Of a DNA stretch of 64,000 nt, positions 10,714 through 28,203 are shown piece by piece. Position numbers and translations under genes: made by a program. Below the pieces are notes generated by a model that saw only the letters and a list, made by a program, of their open reading frames with translations, did no database searches and was not told where the DNA came from. Source of the stretch: Hydrurus foetidus. Taxonomy: Eukaryota. Location of the stretch: assembly GCA_900617105.1 (NCBI GenBank), contig UYFQ01000078.1:1-64000 (forward strand), written 5' to 3'. Within the stretch, counting starts at the first letter, position 1; each line of letters begins with the position of its first letter.

Positions 10714-12815
10714 TTTCTATTCGCCATGATGACAGATCAGTAGCATTTTCTTCTCAAATAATATATTTGACTTACGGCATCCTGCGTGACTAACCCACTT
10801 ACCCGGGCAACTGCAGTACTTTTGCTGTCATGTAATTCGGTGACCGAGACCGCATTTGAAAGTAACAATCTGCATCGCGCATTACAGTACATTTCGAGTA
10901 GCCCTCATCCGAATTCCATACATTCGCGTGAAGATCATTACGATGATGTTGTAAGTATCAAGTAATTGTTACAGCGTATAAGAAATCTTCTCTACGAAAA
11001 AACTGAAGTATTCCCCAAAATTTGGGAGTTTCAAGTTCACGCGTGATTTGGTCAGTTGATGAGTTTCTATTCGCCATGATGACAGAACAGTAGCATTTTC
11101 TTCTCAAATAATATATTTGACTTACGGCATCCTGCGTGACTAACCCACTTACCCGGGCAACTGCAGTACTTTTGCTGTCATGTAATTCGGTGACCGAGAC
11201 CGCATTTGAAAGTAACAATCTGCATCGCGCATTACAGTACATTTCGAGTAGCCCTCATCCGAATTCCATACATTCGCGTGAAGATCATTACGATGATGTT
11301 GTAAGTATCAAGTAATTGTTACAGCGTATAAGAAATCTTCTCTACGAAAAAACTGAAGTATTCCCCAAAATTTGGGAGTTTCAAGTTCACGCGTGATTTG
11401 GTCAGTTGATGAGTTTCTATTCGCCATGATGACAGAACAGTAGCATTTTCTTCTCAAATAATATATTTGACTTACGGCATCCTGCGTGACTAACCCACTT
11501 ACCCGGGCAACTGCAGTACTTTTGCTGTCATGTAATTCGGTGACCGAGACCGCATTTGAAAGTAACAATCTGCATCGCGCATTACAGTACATTTCGAGTA
11601 GCCCTCATCCGAATTCCATACATTCGCGTGAAGATCATTACGATGATGTTGTAAGTATCAAGTAATTGTTACAGCGTATAAGAAATCTTCTCTACGAAAA
11701 AACTGAAGTATTCCCCAAAATTTGGGAGTTTCAAGTTCACGCGTGATTTGGTCAGTTGATGAGTTTCTATTCGCCATGATGACAGAACAGTAGCATTTTC
11801 TTCTCAAATAATATATTTGACTTACGGCATCCTGCGTGACTAACCCACTTACCCGGGCAACTGCAGTACTTTTGCTGTCATGTAATTCGGTGACCGAGAC
11901 CGCATTTGAAAGTAACAATCTGCATCGCGCATTACAGTACATTTCGAGTAGCCCTCATCCGAATTCCATACATTCGCGTGAAGATCATTACGATGATGTT
12001 GTAAGTATCAAGTAATTGTTACAGCGTATAAGAAATCTTCTCTACGAAAAAACTGAAGTATTCCCCAAAATTTGGGAGTTTCAAGTTCACGCGTGATTTG
12101 GTCAGTTGATGAGTTTCTATTCGCCATGATGACAGAACAGTAGCATTTTCTTCTCAAATAATATATTTGACTTACGGCATCCTGCGTGACTAACCCACTT
12201 ACCCGGGCAACTGCAGTACTTTTGCTGTCATGTAATTCGGTGACCGAGACCGCATTTGAAAGTAACAATCTGCATCGCGCATTACAGTACATTTCGAGTA
12301 GCCCTCATCCGAATTCCATACATTCGCGTGAAGATCATTACGATGATGTTGTAAGTATCAAGTAATTGTTACAGCGTATAAGAAATCTTCTCTACGAAAA
12401 AACTGAAGTATTCCCCAAAATTTGGGAGTTTCAAGTTCACGCGTGATTTGGTCAGTTGATGAGTTTCTATTCGCCATGATGACAGAACAGTAGCATTTTC
12501 TTCTCAAATAATATATTTGACTTACGGCATCCTGCGTGACTAACCCACTTACCCGGGCAACTGCAGTACTTTTGCTGTCATGTAATTCGGTGACCGAGAC
12601 CGCATTTGAAAGTAACAATCTGCATCGCGCATTACAGTACATTTCGAGTAGCCCTCATCCGAATTCCATACATTCGCGTGAAGATCATTACGATGATGTT
12701 GTAAGTATCAAGTAATTGTTACAGCGTATAAGAAATCTTCTCTACGAAAAAACTGAAGTATTCCCCAAAATTTGGGAGTTTCAAGTTCACGCGTGATTTG
12801 GTCAGTTGATGAGTT
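10714..12815. repeat. Tandem array of 6 near-identical 350-bp units
   Basis: Units start at 10714, 11064, 11414, 11764, 12114 and 12464. The same 94-aa ORF recurs every 350 bp. Only one substitution seen (GACAGATCAG in copy 1, GACAGAACAG in the others). Confidence 0.97.
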
Positions 12816-13035
12816 CAACCCCCCCCCCCCCCCGTATACCATACCGTATAGTACCCGCTCCGCCTTGTTTTTCATTAAAATACCAAAAAGAGTTTAAGTG
12901 TTGAAAGTTTGAGACAAATCATCATCATTGCCTCCTATCCTATCCCATACTGCGAGGCATAAAATTCAATTGCAACTCGGTGTCCAAACCCGAATCCAAG
13001 TTGCGATTGTTAAAACCGGAAGAAGCAAAGTCGCC

Positions 13036-16000
13036 ATGTTGTCCCTGACAGAATCATTCAGGAGAGAATATTTCAAAGCCGGGTCTACTCTGCAACCTCA
13101 GAGCCGCGAAACATTCCAAAAAAAGCATGTCGTATTTGTCGATGGTTTGCTAAACGAAGCGGCACAGCTCGTTGGAAACTATTTTTGTGATAATATCGCA
13201 GAGGCTGAGGCCATGGGCTTCAGCATTTCCCATCTTGGTTATCTGTCAAGTTATACTGTCCCATCCAACGCAGATAGGTTACTGAATGACATCCAAAAAA
13301 TTTACGCTTCCAAGAAATTGCCGATAATTTTAATCGGTCACAGCAAAGGAGGAGCAGAATGCATGTATCTCACACTGAAGTATCCAGAGCTTCTTCTTTC
13401 CGATATTATCGAGAAGGTTATTCTGATTCATCCCGCCGTAGGAGGATCCCCTCTGGCTGACAATGTGGCAACCAACTTCATGGGCAGATCTTTCACAAAA
13501 TACCTTGGAGAAGGCCTTTATTCAATACAGGTCAGACTTTTTTGAGCTGCCCTGAAGATGAAAAAACGAATCCCATTCATGTTCATGTTTTACCCATCAC
13601 ACACTTCTCGTCATGTCTGAGCAGTAAGGTAGAAGCAAATTTAAGGTTTGAGAATCACTGGAAACTATTAGAATACGATTAAGCTCATTCTCTTGTTTTC
13701 CGTTGATGACAATCATTCAAATATAATCACCCCGGTAACATCTTATTTAGCACGACTAAATGAATATTTTTTATTTTTCAATGCAGCCTGCAACTGCACG
13801 AAATAATTTTTCCGCAGCTTTGGAATCATTTAAAAAAATCATTTCCACGATGCCGCAAAGAAGCACGTCAAATTCTGCGAGCACAATTCCCTCAATTGAT
13901 CCTGACGAAACTTACCGTAAACTTTCTGACCGGGTGTTCTACGTACGCGGGGCCTCTCCGGCCAAAAAAATTTGCTGGGGTGTACGATTTGTCATTTTTT
14001 TCTGTAAATTTCCGTTGGATCCGACAAGACCAAATGATGGATTACTCCATGTTGAAGATCAATTATTAGAAGGATTTGGTACAGATCTCGGTATTTTGGA
14101 ATACGATCACATCGATCTTGTTATAGGTACGGTGCAGTGCAATGCGGTGCGGTGTTGCATTCAATGGTGTCCCTGTCAGATGATTGTTACCACACCCTAC
14201 CCTACCCTACCCTACCCTACCCTACCCTACCCTACCCTACCCTACCCTACCCTCCCCTCCCCTCTACTCAACCGCACCTCACCCTCCCCACCAACCTCTC
14301 CCCTGCCTGCATTTTTCCCCTGCCTGCATTTTTCCCCTGCCTGCATTTTTCGTGCACATTTGCAACTTATCGTTTAGGAATATTCGTCGGCATTACGCGA
14401 ATGACTGCACACATTACAATTGACCAATTCAACAACTACCAGTACAACCCAATTAATATCGGACTAAATATCGGTATAACAGGCGGTATGGTGACAAATG
14501 CTCCGGCCGATAAAAGAAAAGCTTTTACTAGAGCTTTATTTTCCACAGTATATCAAGTGGAATCTGTGAATCCAGGATCCACAGAAGAATCAGGGTCGGA
14601 AACTGGGTCAGAACTGAAGTTTACTGAAACAACAACTTCATCATTTAACGAAAAAGGGGAGAGGGTGGATGTGGATAAGAAGCAGGAGGGGAAGAATGAG
14701 GAGAATAAGAGAGGTTATGAGACAGAGAAGGCAGTGAATATAGAGAATAATGATGAGAAGAAAGAAGTGGAGAAATCTGTTTCCCTGTCTGTAACGGAAC
14801 CTGTGTCGAAGGTGACTGTGGCATCATTTGCTTCAGTAGTGGAACTAGAGAAAGCGAATGAGAAGGAAGAAGAAAAGAAGAAAGAGATGGAGATTGCAAA
14901 GCAAAAAGAGAAGGAAGAAGAAAAGAAGAAAGAGGTGGAGATGGCAAAGCAAAAAGAGAAGGAAGAAGAGAGGAGAAGGAGGAATGGGAGAAGAAGGGAA
15001 GGAAGAAAGTGGGAAGAAATGAAGGAAGGAAGGAAGAGAAGGAAGGGAAAGAAGAAAGAAGGAAGAGGGAAAGAAGGGAGGAAGCAAAAAAGGAAGGAAG
15101 AATGGAAGAAAGGAAGGAGAATGAAAGGAAGGAAGAAGGAAGAAAAGAAGAAAGAGGAGAAGAGGAAGGAAGAGGAAGGAAGAGGAAGGAAAAGAAAAAA
15201 AAGGATAGAAAAGGAAGGAAGGATGGAGGGAAGGAAGGAAGGAAAGAGGAAGGAAGGAAATGAGGAAGATAAAGAGGAAGGAAGAAAGATGGAAGGAAGG
15301 AAGAGGTGGATAAAAGAAGAAGAGAAACAAGAGATGATGAAAGAAGAAGACAATGAATGAAAAGAAGAAAAAGAGGAAAGAAAAAGAATGAAATAGGAAA
15401 AAGAAGAAAGATAGTGGGATTTATGGGTACAAAAAGGGCTGGAATATGAAAAGAATGAAAGATTTGGATAAAATAAAAAGATAGTCAGGAATGAAAGAAT
15501 GAAAGAGGTGGAGATGAAGAAAATAAGAAGAGGAAAAGAAGAAAGAGGAGGAGATAGGAAAAGATGAAGAAGAAGATAAAACATGAATAAGAGGAAATAG
15601 TGAAGAAGGGAAGAAAAAGAGAATGAAGAAAAGAAAAGAGAAGGAGATGGAAGGAAAAGAGGAAGGAAGATGGAAGATGGAAGAAGAGAAGGAAAGAATG
15701 AAAGATGGGTGATGAAGCTGAAAGGAAGGAAGAAGTAAAGAAGAAAGAGGTGGAGATGGAAAAGCAAAAAGGGAAGAAGAGGAAAAGAAGAAAGAGGGTG
15801 GATGGAAAGAAAAGAAGGAAGAAGAAAAGAAGAAGAGGAAGAAAAAGGAAGGAAAGAAAGAAAGAGGTGGAAGAAGAGAAGGAAAAGGAAGAAGGAAGAA
15901 GGAAGAAGAAGGAAGGAAGGAAGAAGGAAGAGGAAGAAAGAGGGAGATGGCAAAGCAAAAAGAGAAGGAAGAGGAAAAGAAGAAAGAGGTGGAGATAGCA

Positions 16001-16441
16001 AAGCAAAAAGAGAAGGAAGAGGAAAAGAAGAAAGAGGTGGAGATAGCAAAGCAAAAAGAGAAGGAAGAGGAAAAGAATAAGGTAGAGGTGCCTGTGTCAG
16101 CGTCAGCGACAGAAGCTGTGCCAGAAGAGAAGGAGACAGTGACAGGAATTGTACTCAACAAAGAAAATGAAACGCAGAAGGAGAAAGAGATGGTGAAGGA
16201 GATGGAGACAAAAACGGAGACGAAGAATGTTAATGAGACTGAGGAGGACAAGGTGCAGGAAGGTAAGGCAGGTGGGGAGGAGAAGAAGGTGGAGTCGCCT
16301 TTATCCTCCGCAACTGTAACTGTAACTGTTCCTGGGTCAAAAGTTCCAGAATCTGTATCTGCTTTTGTCGACAGTGCACTCCCTTCCACTGTCTCTGAGA
16401 TATCCAGCAGTGATAAAGATTTAATTACCAGCAAAGCCTGA
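13036..16441 (+). CDS. Alpha/beta-hydrolase (lipase/esterase-like) with a C-terminal Glu/Lys-rich repeat tail; exons ~13036-13530, 13787-14126, 14483-16441
   Basis: Nucleophile elbow IGHSKGG, acid NDGL and His DHIDL. GT-AG introns join these in frame. 16-aa repeat AKQKEKEEEKKKEVEI. The stretch 14970-15946 is garbled. Confidence 0.78.
14195..14351 (+). repeat. Intronic (CCCTA)n microsatellite followed by 3 x 17-bp CCCTGCCTGCATTTTTC
   Basis: Directly visible at 14195-14252 and 14301-14351. Confidence 0.9.
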
Positions 16442-18279
16442 AGGGGCGTCGCCAAATGAACTGCGGAAAGAGAGGAACAGATGTGAAATGAGTGAAAATG
16501 TTGTGTTACGAAAGGGAATGATTTGGTATGGGATGAAATCGAACGATATGTTGTTAAATGAAATGAAATGGAATGGGATGGTGCGATGTGGATGTGATAT
16601 GGCATGATATGGAGTGAATTACAATAAGGCGTAACAAACGAATTAATGCGAGAGAAAATATGATACGGTGCAACACGATCTATTGTGCGATAATGTTCAT
16701 GGAAACAAGCGTTAAGAGCTGAGTGAACAGACATCCCCAACTCTGCTCAATTTCCTCTTTGCACCTCTCTTACCGCATCTCATCTCTCTTCTTACTTTTC
16801 TTCTATTAACTGAGTAAATTGAATCGAAATACGTTTGACGAGATTTTATTTGATACAGAGATTGCAGAAATTATTTTATTTCATCTCATCACAATAATGC
16901 ATTTGATTTTTTTTTCTTGTACTATCTACTTTATACATCCTCGTCTGCCAAGTGTACTCCCTCGTATATGATAAATGATTTATTCGGTCATTAAGCCTCC
17001 CTACAAAGTTCTGTTTAATTTTCAATGTTTAAAATCCCATTCTGATATAAGGATCTTTTGCTTTGCTTCCATCTTTTTTTGTTTAATTTTTCTCTTCTAT
17101 GTATTCGTCTTTTGATTTTGTCACCAACACTTTTTATTTTATTTTTTCGAAATTTCTGCAGTTGACGGGATCCTTTCATTTTTTTTCTAATTTCTTTTCT
17201 TCTTGCACCACTACCTCCATCACTTTTCTCTTTGTCGCCTACCATCTCGCCTTTCCACGCTGTACCGCATTGCAGTACACCCCTAACAACTACAGCAACA
17301 ACAACAACACAGCACAGTGCGAAGAAGAAGAAGAAAGTGACTCCATTGACCAAGAGCACTAGACACCAATCTACCTCTTTATGATCATTCGAAAAAGCGC
17401 TTCCGTCAAAAGCTCTACCCTCGAGCTATTTTTTTCTTGTTCTATTTTTCCTTTTCGGCTGTCTCGCGACTATCAGTGGTCTGAGTTTTATTTTTTCATT
17501 TTTTCATTTTGTGTTTTACATATTCACGAAGTGATATCATTTATATAAAGACAAAAGATGTAGTTTCCTCCAGTTAGTTTTGCATTGAGAAAAAACGTTT
17601 TCAATGTGAATTCTTTTTCGTAATCTTGATCTACCCACACAGTACGATTCGTGTGGAAGTACGAAACGTACATTCACAAGATATCATAAACTCGACGTGG
17701 TGAGATTGCATTTGTGTCAGTAAATAATAAAATAAAGTGTACGAAACCTTTCTTTTAAATATAGTGGAAATTTGACATTCTTCACTAGAACAAGATACAA
17801 GCTCTAATTCACCGAATAAAACCGAAACTGTATCAAGAAAATTCTAAAAAGCTCAAATCAGATGGTAACTGTGAGATAGCAATTTCGCATCGAGACTATA
17901 AAACCAAGATCGAGATGATCGTCGTAACGAGGGGTAATAAAGACCCATTTCGGTCTGCGGGTCGAAAAGGTTCCTTTTCAACCCACGCGCGTGAAAACGG
18001 TGAAATTTGGCCGGAAGCTCATGCATGACCGGGAAAGGGTCGAACCGAGGGATAAAAATACTGAAACCGCCATCTTCAGCTTTTGTCGCAGTTCTCGGAG
18101 TTCGAGTTAGAAGTTAGGATGGATTCACTAGCAATTTGCTTTCAGTAACGTGGCAGAAAGTCGACTGAAAGTTTTCTAGACGTGCGCCTGCATACAGTGG
18201 TGCCGCCACTTTCTCACCACTGAATGCACAGCAAGCAAGACTCTTCCAGCCCGTCAAACAAGCAACTCCGACACAGAAC

Positions 18280-19712
18280 ATGGTGAGAAAACTATCACGA
18301 CACAACATTGAACACAGCTCGAAATGCTGATAACGATGTATACAGCTATGGAGATATCCTAACGCTGCGATACTCCATAATCTTATTTAGAGCGAGGTAG
18401 AAGAAACAATCGAGAGAATTAAAGTTCAAACAGGTGTCGAGGGATATGTGATATGTAACAAGCAAGGACAGGTGACCACCAATCTTGATGATTGCAGACA
18501 CATCTTAAACCTAAGTAACTGCTGCGAATTTTCCTCTGCATTTTGCTGGACGAGTAACCTTCATTTGATTCATCGTTCAGAGTTTGATTGCACGGGATCG
18601 TAGCATACCTCATTCACACTATTGCTACGAGGACAGCAGTTCATACAATCTAATTTCTTCTCCTTAAGTTGGAAAGGAAATGATAATATTGATCATCTTC
18701 TGCCCTTTATTATCTCATTCCTTCTATCCTTTGTTTTGATCTTTATTCTGCTTTTTCCAGGTCCTAAGAAGGTTCCCTACAATGCCTCAAGATGTTGCGG
18801 AACTGTATGCTTCCAACATGATGTCTCTCGCCACACAGGCGAGAGGAGTTATCAGAGATCTCAATCCAAAGGTGTGCAGAACAGAATGTCCTTTGTTCAC
18901 TTCTCGGGAATGTTCTTCATGTTATTTTTATGATGTTCTTCATGTGGTGTTGAATTTATAACGTGGATGTTTGATAGGAAGATATCTGATCTGTTGTGAA
19001 TCGTAAGAAAAAGAAAAAGCGAAATAATGATGTTCTGCATGCTGTAAGTGCGTCATGATGATAATGGCTGGACATTAATATGTCCACTGCAGAAAGTGCT
19101 CGACAAAAATGTGTGCATCGCAATTCTATTTATAATTGATGTACGGTAACTAAAATGACAGACAGTTAGATGACAAATAGATTCAACTTCTAAAATGCCG
19201 TTTCAACATTGAGGAGGACTAGCAGTAGCATCTATCAAGTATATTCCATCCTCTGAATGGATCACATCTAATTCTAATGCCGTTTCTATCCCATATTAGA
19301 ACGAATTACGTTTTTTAAGATTACGTACAAAAAAACAAGAAATAATGGTTGCATACGGTAAGCAAATAATAAATACCTTCCTTTACAGATAATTTTATCC
19401 TGCATCTACGTGTCATTGAGTAATAGCACATTTCAATAACATAAAAATAAATATCAGTAATCGTTCAGGGGTACTTGCATGTATACACTCAAAAGTACGT
19501 GTAAGAATACACGCGTACTTACAAAATCACTGATCGATATTTATGACTGATGATAATTTCATGGACAGATTTATTCTGATGCATCCAGAGCAAAAAAATA
19601 TTTGTCGATTTTATGTGGTATTAATGACATACTTTTATTGAACTTTATATTTTCAGACACGCAGTTTATAGTGATAGTTATTCAAAGATGGGCTTCTTCA
19701 GGTTGGTACTAA
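18280..19712 (+). CDS. DYNLRB: Dynein light chain, roadblock/LC7 type; 5 exons (18280-18282, 18391-18471, 18761-18871, 19300-19357, 19657-19712)
   Basis: Spliced translation MSEVEETIERIKVQTGVEGYVICNKQGQVLRRFPTM...ARGVIRDLNPKNELRFLRLRTKKQEIMVAYDTQFIVIVIQRW. All introns are GT-AG. Confidence 0.93.
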
Positions 19713-20757
19713 TCCACATACAGTACTTCATCATGTCAAAATGAAATTTTCGTCTTTTTTCCCCTTCATTTTTTTAGAATTTATTTGCCCTGTATTGATT
19801 GACATATAACTGTTTATTTTTGAAATTATAATTGATGTTGATGATTTGTTTTCCTCATTCTGCCGACTATTATACGAAATTCTTACTAAAATATTTTTAT
19901 TTTAGCCAACATTATCAGTCCACCTGTATCTTCAGAAATAGCAGTTCTTACATTTCCCCACTTTCCCTCCAATTTCATTTTGTTAGCCGAGAGGATAACT
20001 ACTTGAAAATCGTAATAAACGAAAAGACTTCTTCGAGGCACATTGCAAACAATTATGTGCGAAGATCATTAATGTGATTTCTATAAAGATTTTTTCAGTC
20101 AAATGTTATCACAGTTTTCGTGAGATAAAGTTGTTAGTCTCCTTGTTTTTAAAGGAATCGTAATATGTGATTTCCGACAACAATAATTTCGAGTTCAAAA
20201 TTCAATTTGCAGTTATTGATAACTAAATGATTGTTTCGCTGATCTCAAAATGTTTTACCAAAACTTGACAAAAATGTCAGAAAAAATGGTTTGAATTTAA
20301 ATGGTTGTAAAAAAAGTAAACGGCAAATCATGGTGATAAAAATGTGCTTGTACTAGAAAAAAGGAAAAGAAGATGGAAGGATGGAAGCGCTGAATAGAGG
20401 GGTGAAGCAGTAGTCCGAAGGTAACTGTTGTTTGGCGTGGTGTAGTACAGAGTCGAAAAAAAACAGGATGGTGAAGAAAGGGGGGGAGGGGGAGGGGGTG
20501 CGAAGGATTGCGGGATGATGAGTGACTTGTGTGTGGGTGGTTCAGGGAGTTACAGTCTAGAGATGAGGAATATGCATTGGTCTCAGTTACATCTTTCGTT
20601 CTCTGTAGCTGTGTGTGTTCCGTTACGTCGGGTCGTTCATATTCAATAATTTTATTTCATAAATGTTTTTTGTCATTTGAATAATTGAGTTCGGGAAATT
20701 ACGAAGCGCAGGGAGCAGTTTCGATGAGTTGACTCGTTGAACTGCATCATCGGAACT

Positions 20758-26301
<5,544 letters not shown>

Positions 26302-27274
26302 TCATTTCCTTACGACTGCATCACCTTTCAAGTTACCTCGCTGCTTCTTCTTTTTAAAAACGAATATGTAACCTTCTTTCCTTTGCTGTTCATCTTCGCG
26401 TTTGAGCAAGCAAATCCGAACCAAAATTTTGAGAAAAAGAAAGATCGACTTTTTATCTTTGCACAATCGTATGTGTGTGTAACCGCGTAACCGTTCAAAA
26501 CCGTGTAACCTCTGTTATTGCTGTTCTTGTTTTTTACAACGGCACCATGATATTCCTTTCTTTTGGCGATTCTGGAATTATGAATTCGAGGGGGGCGGTT
26601 CTATTCGAGCCCGCGCAAGAAGTGGATGTGTTGAAAAATGGAACCAGCGGTAAAGTGGAAACACTACATTATCAATATGCTATAACGTAGAGATCGGTTG
26701 GAATAGTAAATTATAACTCAGTCATTTGGATTTTATTTTACTAAGGTGCCGATACCTCTAACAAGATTATATCTTAGATAATCTTATTTATGGGCAGAAG
26801 TACATAAATCACACTGTATTTTGCACCCAACCAGTAGTCGGATGCCTCAGTAGTGCAAATTGACTTACTAAGTAGCCGATGCCACAGTGTAACATTTGCT
26901 GAAATACTGACCCATCCGGTACTATTCCAACCGATCTCTACGTTATGAAGTTCTTTGCGCCGGTTTGCTCTCCTGTCAGCGCCGTCGAATCAAAAGTGAC
27001 CCCTAACCCTAGCCACTCTACAAAAAATCGGACATAACCGTATATAGTGTAAACTGTTCCGTAATTGCGCTATACTGTACTGTACAGTACGATAGCTTTT
27101 TCTTTCTCCGTTTGTTTCCGAGGTTGTTTCCGGTTTTTAATTATCGTGTATTTAGTCCCCCCGGCTCCTGGACTTAGAACTAAAACCGTGCGTGTGATTC
27201 CACGAGCAAAAAACTAGCGGAGTAACAAACGAGCGAGCCCCTGCAAAATCCTACAGTACCTCTTTCTGAAGTAA

Positions 27275-27448
27275 GGCTACAATTCACGGGAACGCTAAAA
27301 AAATTTCCCATTTAATAATTTTATGGTAAGGTTCGAAATTTACCCCAAACTAAACTATCCCTTTTTAGGGCGAAGTTTTCCTTCTTCCGAATATTTTATG
27401 GCAAGAAATTATATGGGAATCTTTTTAGCGTTCCTATGAATTGTAGGC
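27275..27448. mobile_element. Tourist/PIF-Harbinger-like MITE (174 bp)
   Basis: About 40-bp imperfect TIRs (GGCTACAATTCACGGGAACGCTAAAAA.../...TTTTTAGCGTTCCTATGAATTGTAGGC), flanked by TAA on both sides. Confidence 0.75.
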
Positions 27449-28203
27449 TAAGGTGGAACATCCACCAATGAGGCCACAATTCACCATAATATGCTAGCCC
27501 ATTTTAATCATGCTGTAGCGAGTTTCCGTGGCATGTGATTAAGATCTGAAGATTCACGACTATTCACTCGAAAAGGATACATACTGTACTGCAGGTGCGC
27601 AACGGGTCTCACGGTGCACACGGAATCATGACACAATAGCGGCCACCTCTTCAATGGCAAAGCAAATGATATTTCACTGAATATTCGTAATTCTTTAAAA
27701 TCGAAATGCGGTCTATGTTTTGGATGTTATTTCTGTAAACCATTGGTGACTTCTCGATCATTCAGATATTTTTTTTCTCATTTTTCATTTACTGCTATCC
27801 TGATTTTATAATTTGTCATTCAAATTCTTTCTCAAAAATAAAATAAAACAGTTCTTTCACACCAGTGTCATTTTATATTTTAACGATGTGAATAGATAAA
27901 ACTGACAAAACTGAGAAAAGTGGGAAACGGTGCGAAATGACAAGAATCGTAAACATTTTACAATTAAAACAGAAACAGGAAAAAAGAAAAAAATGCGAAA
28001 CAGAAAGGCACGGAAATGAAAGTGAAAAAAAAAAACGAGGAGAGACAAATTATGGCAACATAACAACATGCAAACAATTTTTCACCCAATTTGTTTTTCT
28101 ATTTTATATACACTTTGTATGGATCTAACTGATAAATTCAGTGAACTATTAATGCGTCATTTTAACAATTTTCGGATGTTAAAAACACGAATTAGGAGAT
28201 AGA

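Noticed and set aside
10714..12815. CRISPR array, or a tandem gene family from the repeated 94-aa ORF
   Set aside because: Units are identical with no variable spacers, there are no cas genes, and the context is eukaryotic. The ORF has no recognisable motif and spans unit junctions.
14645..16740. Long F/S/L-rich minus-strand ORFs resembling membrane proteins
   Set aside because: Antisense of purine-rich repeats, which lack stop codons by composition.
17015..17362. Small gene between the hydrolase and roadblock
   Set aside because: Low-complexity ORFs on both strands with no motifs or coherent splice structure.
27001..27012. Interstitial telomere (CCCTAACCCTAG); also (CCCTA)n at 14195
   Set aside because: Only two units at 27001. 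The CCCTA tract is one of many intronic microsatellites.
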